Shown here piece after piece: positions 1 through 8,104 of a DNA stretch of 11,964 nt. A model generated the notes under the pieces. That model was given only the letters and a program-made list of their open reading frames with translations, was not told the DNA's origin and made no database searches. Source of the stretch: Escherichia coli (lineage in GTDB: Bacteria; Pseudomonadota; Gammaproteobacteria; Enterobacterales; Enterobacteriaceae); assembly GCF_003334255.1 (NCBI RefSeq), contig NZ_QOWU01000082.1; one strand, 5' to 3'. Position 1 is the first letter of the stretch. Each line of letters opens with the position of its first letter. Both the position numbers and the translations under genes were made by a program.

Positions 1-227
1 AGCTGATAGAAACAGAAGCCACTGGAGCACCTCAAAAACACCATCATACACTAAATCAGTAAGTTGGCAGCATCACCTATATTCCAATATTTATTCATTT
101 CATATGTGAATATATTAACCAGTGGAATACCTGTGTTTTGATTATTTCTAAAGGTTTTGAATGAATGCTTATTGTCTGATACACAAGAAATAACACTCTT
201 TTTATCGTTAAAAAATGATATTTCACT

Positions 228-256
228 TTGCCCATGCCGTTAAAGTCACTGATAAT
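228..256 (+). promoter_or_regulatory. Candidate sigma70 promoter for the phosphate transporter gene: -35 TTGCCC (228-233), 17-bp spacer, -10 GATAAT (251-256)
   Basis: Hexamers read directly from the AT-rich region upstream of the ATG at 295, about 38 nt from the -10. No experimental support; I looked for a Pho box and found only a weak CTGTGTT-like stretch. Confidence 0.3.
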
Positions 257-294
257 GCGTCCGTTCGTAAATTCAAAATGGCGTAATCTAATAT

Positions 295-1794
295 ATGCTA
301 AATTTATTTGTTGGCCTTGATATATACACAGGGCTTTTGTTATTGCTTGCTCTGGCATTTGTGTTGTTCTACGAAGCAATCAATGGTTTTCATGACACGG
401 CGAATGCGGTGGCAGCCGTTATTTATACTCGTGCCATGCAACCACAACTTGCTGTGGTGATGGCGGCATTTTTTAACTTTTTTGGCGTGTTATTGGGCGG
501 ACTTAGCGTTGCCTATGCCATTGTCCATATGTTGCCAACCGATTTGTTGCTGAATATGGGGTCAACCCACGGCCTGGCGATGGTCTTTTCCATGCTGCTG
601 GCGGCGATTATCTGGAACCTGGGAACGTGGTTCTTCGGTTTACCGGCCTCCAGTTCGCACACCTTGATTGGTGCGATTATCGGCATCGGTTTAACCAACG
701 CGCTGTTAACCGGCTCATCGGTGATGGATGCGTTAAACCTGCGTGAAGTGACCAAAATTTTCTCCTCGCTGATTGTTTCCCCTATCGTCGGCCTGGTCAT
801 TGCGGGAGGCCTGATATTCCTGCTGCGACGCTACTGGAGCGGGACGAAAAAGCGTGACCGTATTCACCGCATTCCGGAAGATCGCAAAAAGAAAAAAGGC
901 AAACGTAAACCGCCATTCTGGACGCGTATTGCGCTGATTGTTTCCGCTGCGGGCGTGGCGTTTTCGCACGGCGCGAACGACGGACAAAAAGGGATCGGCC
1001 TGGTAATGCTGGTACTGGTGGGGATTGCCCCTGCTGGCTTCGTCGTCAATATGAATGCGTCCGGCTATGAAATTACCCGTACCCGCGATGCCGTTACCAA
1101 CTTCGAACACTACCTGCAACAGCATCCTGAACTGCCGCAGAAGTTGATTGCGATGGAACCTCCATTGCCTGCAGCATCGACTGATGGCACGCAAGTAACA
1201 GAGTTTCACTGTCATCCGGCAAATACCTTTGATGCTATTGCGCGCGTTAAAACGATGCTGCCAGGCAATATGGAAAGTTACGAGCCGTTAAGCGTGAGTC
1301 AGCGCAGCCAGCTGCGCCGCATTATGCTGTGCATCTCTGATACCTCCGCGAAGCTAGCGAAACTGCCAGGCGTCAGTAAAGAAGACCAGAACCTGCTGAA
1401 AAAACTTCGCAGCGATATGTTAAGCACCATTGAGTACGCTCCGGTGTGGATCATCATGGCGGTAGCACTGGCGCTCGGCATTGGCACCATGATTGGCTGG
1501 CGTCGTGTAGCGATGACCATCGGTGAGAAGATTGGTAAGCGCGGCATGACGTATGCGCAAGGCATGGCGGCACAAATGACGGCGGCAGTGTCTATCGGTC
1601 TTGCCAGTTATATTGGGATGCCCGTCTCCACAACACACGTCCTCTCGTCTGCAGTTGCAGGGACGATGGTGGTGGACGGCGGTGGGTTACAGCGTAAAAC
1701 GGTAACCAGCATCCTGATGGCGTGGGTATTTACTTTACCGGCGGCAATTTTTCTTTCTGGTGGGCTGTACTGGATAGCATTGCAGTTGATTTAA
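295..1794 (+). CDS. pitB: Low-affinity inorganic phosphate transporter, PiT family (PitA/PitB paralog; pitB inferred from the neighbouring yghT/S/R/Q-like genes)
   Basis: 499-aa ORF with ATG start and TAA stop. The translation is near-collinear with E. coli PitA as I recall it (MLxLFxGLD...[18 protein letters not shown]...[12 protein letters not shown]...[15 protein letters not shown]) and has a lysine-rich cytoplasmic loop ([13 protein letters not shown]). A rho-independent terminator follows. Confidence 0.9.
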   Translation: MLNLFVGLDIYTGLLLLLALAFVLFYEAINGFHDTANAVAAVIYTRAMQPQLAVVMAAFFNFFGVLLGGLSVAYAIVHMLPTDLLLNMGSTHGLAMVFSMLLAAIIWNLGTWFFGLPASSSHTLIGAIIGIGLTNALLTGSSVMDALNLREVTKIFSSLIVSPIVGLVIAGGLIFLLRRYWSGTKKRDRIHRIPEDRKKKKGKRKPPFWTRIALIVSAAGVAFSHGANDGQKGIGLVMLVLVGIAPAGFVVNMNASGYEITRTRDAVTNFEHYLQQHPELPQKLIAMEPPLPAASTDGTQVTEFHCHPANTFDAIARVKTMLPGNMESYEPLSVSQRSQLRRIMLCISDTSAKLAKLPGVSKEDQNLLKKLRSDMLSTIEYAPVWIIMAVALALGIGTMIGWRRVAMTIGEKIGKRGMTYAQGMAAQMTAAVSIGLASYIGMPVSTTHVLSSAVAGTMVVDGGGLQRKTVTSILMAWVFTLPAAIFLSGGLYWIALQLI

Positions 1795-1803
1795 CCTTCC
1801 TGA

Positions 1804-1840
1804 AAATGCCCGGTCCTGGCGATCGGGCATTTCCATTTTT
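1804..1840. terminator. Bidirectional rho-independent terminator between the convergent phosphate transporter and yghT genes
   Basis: 9-bp inverted repeat AAATGCCCG (1804-1812) / CGGGCATTT (1824-1832) with an 11-nt loop, followed by CCATTTTT on the plus strand and flanked by TTTTCA on the minus strand. Confidence 0.6.
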
Positions 1841-1842
1841 GA

Positions 1843-2535
1843 CTAGTGATAACCACGCGCGGTCATAAAATCCGTAATCGCTTTTTCTGCATCAACCAAC
1901 ACCTGTTCCAGTGGCTGATTGGCATCGATATCAACCAGTTGTGCACCACCAAAGGTTAACTGTGGCGTTATGGCAATCTTCCTCGCCAGCGATTCCCGTT
2001 TATGGTCGGGTTTACGTGCACAGGCAACTTCAAGGTCAACATTGAGTTTGATGACCAGATCAGGCTTATGGCTCGCCATCCAGTGAAACGCTTTACGTTC
2101 CTGGCTTGCCAGCCATGAGACAAAACGACCACCTTCAACGTTAGGTGGGAACACCGTACCATCGTAAGCGCCAGGAATTTGGTCCTGAGGATAACGGTCG
2201 GTTAGAACAATTAACCCGCGACGACGACAGGCAAGCATATGACGAAAGCGCAGTAAGCGACGGGCGACAAACGCTGTAATTACCAGCGCCGGAACTGGTC
2301 CAGGCAATTTTTTTGCTGTTTTCACCTGATTTCGTTCAATTGTTTTATGTAAGGATTTTCCCATCAACGGTAATTTTGTCACTGCACGACCGACATTTCC
2401 GGCCTGTTTTCCTAAATGAACTCTTTCGGCAGCACCATATTTTTCGACAACGGTAATAAGATGTTCACACACCGTTGACTTGCCTGAACCATCGCTACCA
2501 ATAACGGCAATTAATGGAGGTGTTATTGACTGCAT
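1843..2535 (-). CDS. yghT: Thymidylate-kinase-like P-loop NTPase / putative ATP-binding kinase (YghT-like)
   Basis: 230-aa ORF with ATG start and AAGGA Shine-Dalgarno 8 nt upstream; TAG stop. Walker [17 protein letters not shown] motif, and ARKPDH / TPQLTF motifs shared with the two paralogs downstream. Confidence 0.85.
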
Positions 2536-2708
2536 GAATATATCCTTTAATTTAAATATCCATTAAAAATATTTATTTGGTTAATATGTTTTTATGAAAG
2601 CGTAATTCAGGTCAATGTCACAATTAACCATTGTCACAATAAGGTTGAACGGATATTCTGAGCACGGACCACGTAATATTCAATACATTATTTACTGCCG
2701 GGTTTTTC
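2536..2708. promoter_or_regulatory. AT-rich divergent intergenic region between yghT (minus) and yghS (plus); holds candidate promoters and a direct-repeat operator candidate
   Basis: 173-bp AT-rich spacer between divergently oriented starts. Direct repeat TGTCACAAT at 2616-2624 and 2632-2640; the second copy overlaps a possible -35 TTGTCA (2631-2636) with a -10-like TATTCT (2654-2659). Confidence 0.4.
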
Positions 2709-3422
2709 GTGAATCAACGTAATATGTCAATAATTAATTCCACGCCAGTGCGTGTTATTGCCATTGTAGGATGTGATGGTTCAGGTAAATCGACCCTCAC
2801 GGCAAGCCTGGTAAATGAACTGGCAGCAAGAATGCCAACAGAACACATTTATCTCGGGCAATCGTCCGGGCGAATTGGCGAATGGATTTCACAGCTCCCT
2901 GTTATTGGCGCACCTTTTGGGCGTTATCTGCGAAGTAAAGCGGCACATGTGCACGAAAAGCCCTCAACACCGCCTGGCAATATTACTGCACTGGTTATCT
3001 ATCTGCTTTCCTGCTGGCGGGCGTACAAGTTTCGCAAAATGTTGTGTAAAAGCCAGCAAGGCTTTCTGCTCATCACCGACCGCTACCCGCAGGTTGAAGT
3101 GCCGGGGTTTCGCTTTGATGGCCCGCAATTGGCAAAAACCACGGGCGGTAACGGTTGGATAAAAATGTTAAGGCAGCGCGAGCTGAAGCTGTACCAATGG
3201 ATGGCATCTTATTTGCCCGTATTGTTGATTCGTCTTGGCATTGATGAACAAACCGCGTTTGCGCGTAAACCTGACCACCAACTGGCAGCGTTACAGGAAA
3301 AAATCGCCGTTACGCCGCAACTGACATTCAATGGCGCAAAGATCCTTGAACTGGATGGGCGACACCCCGCCGATGAAATTCTGCAAGCGTCACTACGCGC
3401 AATTCACGCCGCGCTTTCCTGA
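2709..3422 (+). CDS. yghS: Thymidylate-kinase-like P-loop NTPase / putative ATP-binding kinase (YghS-like)
   Basis: 237-aa ORF from the GTG at 2709; an in-frame ATG at 2724 is an alternative start, and neither has a strong Shine-Dalgarno. Walker A IVGCDGSGKST, DRYPQ, ARKPDH, TPQLTF. TGA stop at 3420-3422. Confidence 0.82.
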   Translation: MNQRNMSIINSTPVRVIAIVGCDGSGKSTLTASLVNELAARMPTEHIYLGQSSGRIGEWISQLPVIGAPFGRYLRSKAAHVHEKPSTPPGNITALVIYLLSCWRAYKFRKMLCKSQQGFLLITDRYPQVEVPGFRFDGPQLAKTTGGNGWIKMLRQRELKLYQWMASYLPVLLIRLGIDEQTAFARKPDHQLAALQEKIAVTPQLTFNGAKILELDGRHPADEILQASLRAIHAALS

Positions 3423-3453
3423 TCACCAAAATGGATAGGGGATGATTTAACGA

Positions 3454-4212
3454 ATGGATGCACTACAAACTCAAACTGTTAATAGTACAACCGCGCCGCA
3501 GCCCAACTACATTCCGGGGCTGATTGCGGTGGTCGGGTGTGATGGCACCGGTAAATCCACACTGACCACCGACCTGGTGAAATCGCTGCAACAACACTGG
3601 CAAACCGAGCGGCGCTATCTGGGGCTGCTCTCCGGCGAAGACGGCGACAAAATCAAACGATTGCCGTTGGTTGGCGTCTGGCTGGAACGGCGACTGGCGG
3701 CCAAATCCTCGAAAACCCAAAGCATGAAAACCAAATCTCCGGCGCTATGGGCGGCGGTGATTATGTACTGCTTCTCGCTGCGAAGAATGGCGAATCTACG
3801 CAAGGTTCAGCGACTGGCGCAAAGTGGCGTTCTGGTGGTCAGCGATCGCTTCCCGCAGGCTGAAATTTCGGGCTTTTATTATGATGGACCGGGGATTGGC
3901 GTCGAACGTGCGACCGGGAAAATCAGCATGTTTCTGGCGCAGCGCGAACGGCGTTTATACCAACAAATGGCGCAATATCGCCCGGAATTAATTATTCGCC
4001 TGGGCATTGATATTGAGACTGCCATCTCCCGCAAGCCTGACCATGACTATGCCGAGCTGCAGGACAAAATCGGTGTCATGTCGAAGATTGGCTATAACGG
4101 CACAAAAATTCTTGAGATTGATTCCAGAGCGCCCTACAGCGAAGTGCTGGAACAGGCACAGAAGGCGGTTTCTCTGGTTGCCATCGTTTCTGACCGCCGA
4201 AGTTTAACTTAA
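3454..4212 (+). CDS. yghR: Thymidylate-kinase-like P-loop NTPase / putative ATP-binding kinase (YghR-like)
   Basis: 252-aa ORF with ATG start and AGGGGA about 12 nt upstream. Walker A VVGCDGTGKST, DRFPQ, SRKPDH. Paralogous to the two preceding kinase-like ORFs. Confidence 0.87.
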   Translation: MDALQTQTVNSTTAPQPNYIPGLIAVVGCDGTGKSTLTTDLVKSLQQHWQTERRYLGLLSGEDGDKIKRLPLVGVWLERRLAAKSSKTQSMKTKSPALWAAVIMYCFSLRRMANLRKVQRLAQSGVLVVSDRFPQAEISGFYYDGPGIGVERATGKISMFLAQRERRLYQQMAQYRPELIIRLGIDIETAISRKPDHDYAELQDKIGVMSKIGYNGTKILEIDSRAPYSEVLEQAQKAVSLVAIVSDRRSLT

Positions 4213-4257
4213 GGCTGGCGGGATACTTTTTACTATCAACGATAAGGTCAGGCTGAA

Positions 4258-5607
4258 TTGGCGGGTTTTAACATCAAACATTGGTTTGCAGATGGCGCGT
4301 TTCGCACCATTATTCGCAATAGCGCCTGGTTAGGCTCCAGTAATGTCGTGAGCGCCTTGCTGGGTCTGTTGGCGCTCTCGTGTGCCGGTAAAGGGATGAC
4401 GCCCGCCATGTTTGGCGTACTGGTGATTGTGCAATCGTACGCCAAGTCGATCAGCGATTTTATTAAGTTTCAGACATGGCAACTGGTGGTTCAGTACGGA
4501 ACACCAGCATTAACCAACAATAATCCGCAGCAATTCCGCAATGTCGTCTCATTTTCCTTCTCGCTGGATATCGTCAGCGGCGCGGTGGCGATTGTCGGTG
4601 GCATTGCCTTACTGCCATTCCTTTCCCATTCATTAGGTCTGGATGACCAAAGTTTTTGGCTGGCAGCGCTCTATTGCACGCTCATTCCTTCAATGGCTTC
4701 CTCCACGCCGACCGGCATTCTGCGTGCGGTAGATCGCTTCGATTTAATTGCTGTACAGCAGGCGACGAAACCTTTTCTGCGCGCAGCGGGGAGCGTCGTA
4801 GCCTGGTATTTTGACTTTGGTTTTGCGGGTTTTGTTATTGCCTGGTACGTGTCGAATCTGGTTGGCGGCACCATGTACTGGTGGTTTGCCGCGCGCGAAT
4901 TACGCCGCCGAAATATCCATAACGCCTTCAAATTGAATCTGTTTGAGTCTGCCCGATACATTAAAGGCGCGTGGAGTTTTGTCTGGTCAACCAACATTGC
5001 CCACTCCATCTGGTCGGCGCGTAACTCGTGCAGCACAGTGTTGGTGGGGATCGTGTTAGGACCCGCTGCCGCCGGGTTATTTAAAATCGCCATGACATTC
5101 TTCGACGCCGCCGGAACGCCAGCGGGTTTGCTGGGTAAAAGTTTTTACCCAGAGGTGATGCGTTTAGATCCGCGCACCACCAGACCGTGGTTGTTAGGTG
5201 TGAAGTCCGGTTTACTGGCGGGCGGAATCGGTATTCTGGTGGCGCTCGCGGTGTTGATCGTCGGCAAGCCGCTCATTTCGCTGGTGTTTGGCGTTAAGTA
5301 TCTCGAAGCGTATGACCTGATTCAGGTGATGCTGGGCGCAATTGTGATTTCGATGCTGGGCTTCCCTCAGGAGTCATTGCTATTGATGGCGGGAAAACAG
5401 CGCGCTTTTCTCGTGGCGCAAACCATCGCCTCAATCGGCTACATCGTATTGCTGTTCATGTTCTGTCATCTGTTTGGTGTGCTGGGAGCAGCGTTTGCTT
5501 ACTTCGGTGGGCAATGTCTGGACGTGGCGCTCTCGTTAATTCCAACCTTAAAGGCATTTTTTCAGCGCCATTCCTTGCTTTATAACGCAGCCGGAGAGAA
5601 ATCCTGA
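4258..5607 (+). CDS. yghQ: MOP-superfamily (Wzx/polysaccharide-biosynthesis-type) inner-membrane flippase-like protein (YghQ-like)
   Basis: 449-aa ORF, hydrophobic throughout with many predicted TM helices. The only start that keeps the first TM segment is the TTG at 4258 (AAGG 10 nt upstream; in-frame TAA at 4243-4245; first in-frame ATG not until codon 47). The stop overlaps the next start (TGATG). Confidence 0.8.
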   Translation: MAGFNIKHWFADGAFRTIIRNSAWLGSSNVVSALLGLLALSCAGKGMTPAMFGVLVIVQSYAKSISDFIKFQTWQLVVQYGTPALTNNNPQQFRNVVSFSFSLDIVSGAVAIVGGIALLPFLSHSLGLDDQSFWLAALYCTLIPSMASSTPTGILRAVDRFDLIAVQQATKPFLRAAGSVVAWYFDFGFAGFVIAWYVSNLVGGTMYWWFAARELRRRNIHNAFKLNLFESARYIKGAWSFVWSTNIAHSIWSARNSCSTVLVGIVLGPAAAGLFKIAMTFFDAAGTPAGLLGKSFYPEVMRLDPRTTRPWLLGVKSGLLAGGIGILVALAVLIVGKPLISLVFGVKYLEAYDLIQVMLGAIVISMLGFPQESLLLMAGKQRAFLVAQTIASIGYIVLLFMFCHLFGVLGAAFAYFGGQCLDVALSLIPTLKAFFQRHSLLYNAAGEKS

Positions 5608-6431
5608 TGATGAGAAAATATTTCCCGCTTGAGGCGAGCGAGCGTCTATTTGTTGCGATTGAAGAAGATGATGTCGTTGATGCACAGGTTAGTTTGCCGC
5701 CGACTATTGCACTAAGTTGTACCACCGAAATCATTCATGATAATTACGCGTTATGCCTGCAATTCTGGCTCAATGGCGTTGATCGTCAGGAGTTACTGCG
5801 TTTAGTTCGCAAACAAGCCAAAGGCGATGAGCTGACTGCTGATGAGCGCAAACAATTTAAATACATGCGAGCGCGCTACAAGCACCTGCGTTTTGCGCAA
5901 CGGCTGTATTTAAAGAAGCATCAGGCCGGATTTTTATTCGGCAAAACGACCGTTTTTCTGGGGCGTTTTCAGGACGGCTTTCGTAACGGTAAGAAAAATA
6001 TTGTGTCGTATTACGGCAACCTGTTACGGATTTATTTAAGCTCTCCGGTCTGGTCGTTGGTGAACTATTCATTACGCCATAGCCAGTTAGAAAGCGTAAG
6101 CAGTTTTATTGCCTATCGGCAAAAGCAAATGCATACCCTGAAAGAGATTATTGCCAAACCGCGACTAACCGGTAGGGAATTTCATGATGTGCGAAAAATC
6201 ATCAGCCAGCAGGTTTCTTATTACGACACCTTAAGATCGCTTGATCCTGAAAATAAAGAGGCGTTACAGATATCCCGCTTCCTCGCCGCCATTAATGGCC
6301 TGATGGGAGATAAACACGACGACATGGTGGCGGATGATATGGAAAACCGCCAGTCGTATGATGCACCGGTGGCGCTGGATAGCGATATTCGTCAGCGCTT
6401 AGAGCTGCTGATTTCGCGTTTTCCGCTATAG
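5607..6431 (+). CDS. Hypothetical soluble protein, basic and probably helical; no recognisable catalytic motif
   Basis: 274-aa ORF starting with tandem ATG ATG, GGAGAG Shine-Dalgarno 8 nt upstream, and a 1-nt overlap with the yghQ stop. No signal peptide or TM segment seen. Confidence 0.75.
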   Translation: MMRKYFPLEASERLFVAIEEDDVVDAQVSLPPTIALSCTTEIIHDNYALCLQFWLNGVDRQELLRLVRKQAKGDELTADERKQFKYMRARYKHLRFAQRLYLKKHQAGFLFGKTTVFLGRFQDGFRNGKKNIVSYYGNLLRIYLSSPVWSLVNYSLRHSQLESVSSFIAYRQKQMHTLKEIIAKPRLTGREFHDVRKIISQQVSYYDTLRSLDPENKEALQISRFLAAINGLMGDKHDDMVADDMENRQSYDAPVALDSDIRQRLELLISRFPL

Positions 6432-6439
6432 CCGGAGCA

Positions 6440-7003
6440 ATGATGTCATCTCGTTTGATTATTGCGTTGATTATCATGCTCTTAGCCCCGGGTGTGCAGG
6501 CACACAATTTCGTCACTGGCAAAACGGTTACCCCTGTTTATATCCAGGAAGGCGGCGAGCTGCTTCTGAATAGCGACGACGAAATTCACTACCAAAAGTG
6601 GAACAGCACACAATTAGCGGGAAAAGTCCGCATTATTCAGTATATCGCCGGGCGTAAGTCGGCGAAGAAAAAGAACTCACTGTTAATTAAAGCGGTTGAA
6701 GCGGCAAACTTTCCGCAGGATCGTTTTCAGCCCACCACCATTGTGAACACCGATGATGCCATCTTTGGTACTGGCTATTTTGTTGTTGGCAAAATCGAAA
6801 AAAATAAACGCCGCTATCCGTGGGCGCAATTCGTTATTGACGGCAATGGACAGGGACGCGTTGCCTGGCGCTTGCCGGAGCAGAGTTCAACCATTCTGGT
6901 GCTGAATAAAGCCGGGCAAATTCAGTGGGCAAAGGACGGCAGCCTGACGCCGGAAGAGGTAGATCATGTCATTGCGTTGGCGCAGAAACTGATCAATGAA
7001 TAA
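6440..7003 (+). CDS. Secreted/periplasmic protein of unknown function with a Sec signal peptide
   Basis: 187-aa ORF. N-terminus MMSSRLIIALIIMLLAPGVQA|HN has an n-region, hydrophobic core and an AxA-type cleavage site. GGAG lies 2 nt before the first ATG (6440) and 5 nt before the second (6443), so the true start may be 6443. Confidence 0.8.
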   Translation: MMSSRLIIALIIMLLAPGVQAHNFVTGKTVTPVYIQEGGELLLNSDDEIHYQKWNSTQLAGKVRIIQYIAGRKSAKKKNSLLIKAVEAANFPQDRFQPTTIVNTDDAIFGTGYFVVGKIEKNKRRYPWAQFVIDGNGQGRVAWRLPEQSSTILVLNKAGQIQWAKDGSLTPEEVDHVIALAQKLINE

Positions 7004-7033
7004 AAAACTCAAAGGATTGAGGGCGTTAGTGAG

Positions 7034-8104
7034 ATGAAGCTGGTTGAACACTACATCATGCGTGGTACGCGCCGTCTGGTGCTGATTATCGTCGGTTTTC
7101 TGATCTTTATTTTCGCCAGCTACTCCGCACAGCGTTATCTGACCGAAGCGGCAAATGGGACATTAGCTCTTGATGTTGTGCTGGATATCGTTTTCTACAA
7201 AGTACTGATTGCACTGGAGATGTTGTTACCTGTTGGTCTGTATGTGTCAGTTGGCGTGACGCTAGGGCAGATGTATACCGACTCGGAAATTACCGCTATC
7301 TCTGCGGCGGGGGGCAGTCCGGGACGCTTGTACAAAGCCGTTCTTTATCTGGCGATACCGCTAAGTATTTTTGTCACCCTTCTGTCGATGTATGGTCGTC
7401 CGTGGGCTTATGCGCAGATTTATCAACTGGAGCAGCAGTCGCAGTCGGAGCTGGATGTTCGCCAGTTGCGGGCAAAGAAATTTAACACTAACGATAACGG
7501 ACGAATGATCCTTTCGCAGACGGTTGATCAGGATAATAATCGCCTGACTGACGCGCTGATTTATACTTCTACTGCCAATCGAACCCGCATTTTCCGCGCC
7601 CGTTCGGTTGATGTGGTTGACCCATCACCCGAGAAACCGACCGTTATGTTGCACAACGGCACTGCCTATCTTATCGATCATCAGGGGCGTGATGACAACG
7701 AACAGATCTACCGTAATCTGCAATTACATCTGAATCCGCTGGATCAAAGCCCTAACGTCAAACGCAAAGCGAAATCGGTCACGGAGCTGGCGCGCTCCGT
7801 CTTTCCAGCCGATCATGCCGAACTGCAATGGCGGCAAAGCCGTGGCCTGACCGCATTGTTGATGGCGCTGCTGGCCATTTCATTAAGTCGGGTAAAACCG
7901 CGGCAAGGGCGATTTTCAACGTTATTGCCACTGACGTTGCTGTTTATTGCCATTTTTTATGGCGGTGACGTCTGCCGTACGCTGGTGGCTAACGGCGCGA
8001 TTCCCCTCATTCCTGGTTTGTGGTTAGTACCCGGACTCATGCTAATGGGCCTGCTGATGCTGGTCGCACGCGACTTCTCTTTGCTGCAGAAATTTTCCCG
8101 ATGA
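7034..8104 (+). CDS. LptF/LptG-family (YjgP/YjgQ) permease, paralog 1
   Basis: 356-aa ORF. N-terminus LVEHYIMRG followed by a TM helix, family-typical SEITAISAAGGSP motif after the third hydrophobic segment, a hydrophilic middle domain and C-terminal TM helices. This matches LptF/LptG architecture as I recall it. Confidence 0.85.
   Translation: MKLVEHYIMRGTRRLVLIIVGFLIFIFASYSAQRYLTEAANGTLALDVVLDIVFYKVLIALEMLLPVGLYVSVGVTLGQMYTDSEITAISAAGGSPGRLYKAVLYLAIPLSIFVTLLSMYGRPWAYAQIYQLEQQSQSELDVRQLRAKKFNTNDNGRMILSQTVDQDNNRLTDALIYTSTANRTRIFRARSVDVVDPSPEKPTVMLHNGTAYLIDHQGRDDNEQIYRNLQLHLNPLDQSPNVKRKAKSVTELARSVFPADHAELQWRQSRGLTALLMALLAISLSRVKPRQGRFSTLLPLTLLFIAIFYGGDVCRTLVANGAIPLIPGLWLVPGLMLMGLLMLVARDFSLLQKFSR

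Noticed and set aside
3-62. Short open frame ending at TAA 60-62 (alternatively TGA at 4-6), possibly the 3' end of an upstream plus-strand gene (gss would be expected by synteny)
   Set aside because: Only about 20 codons are visible, so it cannot be identified or confirmed from the sequence alone.
60-294. Looked for a PhoB-binding Pho box upstream of the phosphate transporter gene
   Set aside because: Only a weak CTGTGTT-like stretch is present, with no convincing tandem CTGTCAT repeats.
880-900. A-rich run (aaaaagaaaaaagg) inside the phosphate transporter gene, as a possible slippery or phase-variable tract
   Set aside because: It encodes the lysine-rich cytoplasmic loop (RKKKKGKRK) in frame, and the homopolymer runs are short and interrupted.
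733-1215. 160-aa antisense ORF, and other short ORFs (513-800, 864-1049, 1299-1565, 1420-1638), inside the phosphate transporter gene
   Set aside because: They lie entirely within, and antisense to, a well-supported conserved CDS. Low-complexity Arg/Gln-rich translations are typical of spurious antisense frames.
8020-8100. Upstream ATG start (ORF track 8020) for the second LptF/LptG-like permease, giving 386 aa
   Set aside because: It would overlap the upstream gene by 85 nt in another frame and add a non-homologous N-terminal extension. The ATG at 8101 gives a family-typical N-terminus and an ATGA coupling overlap.
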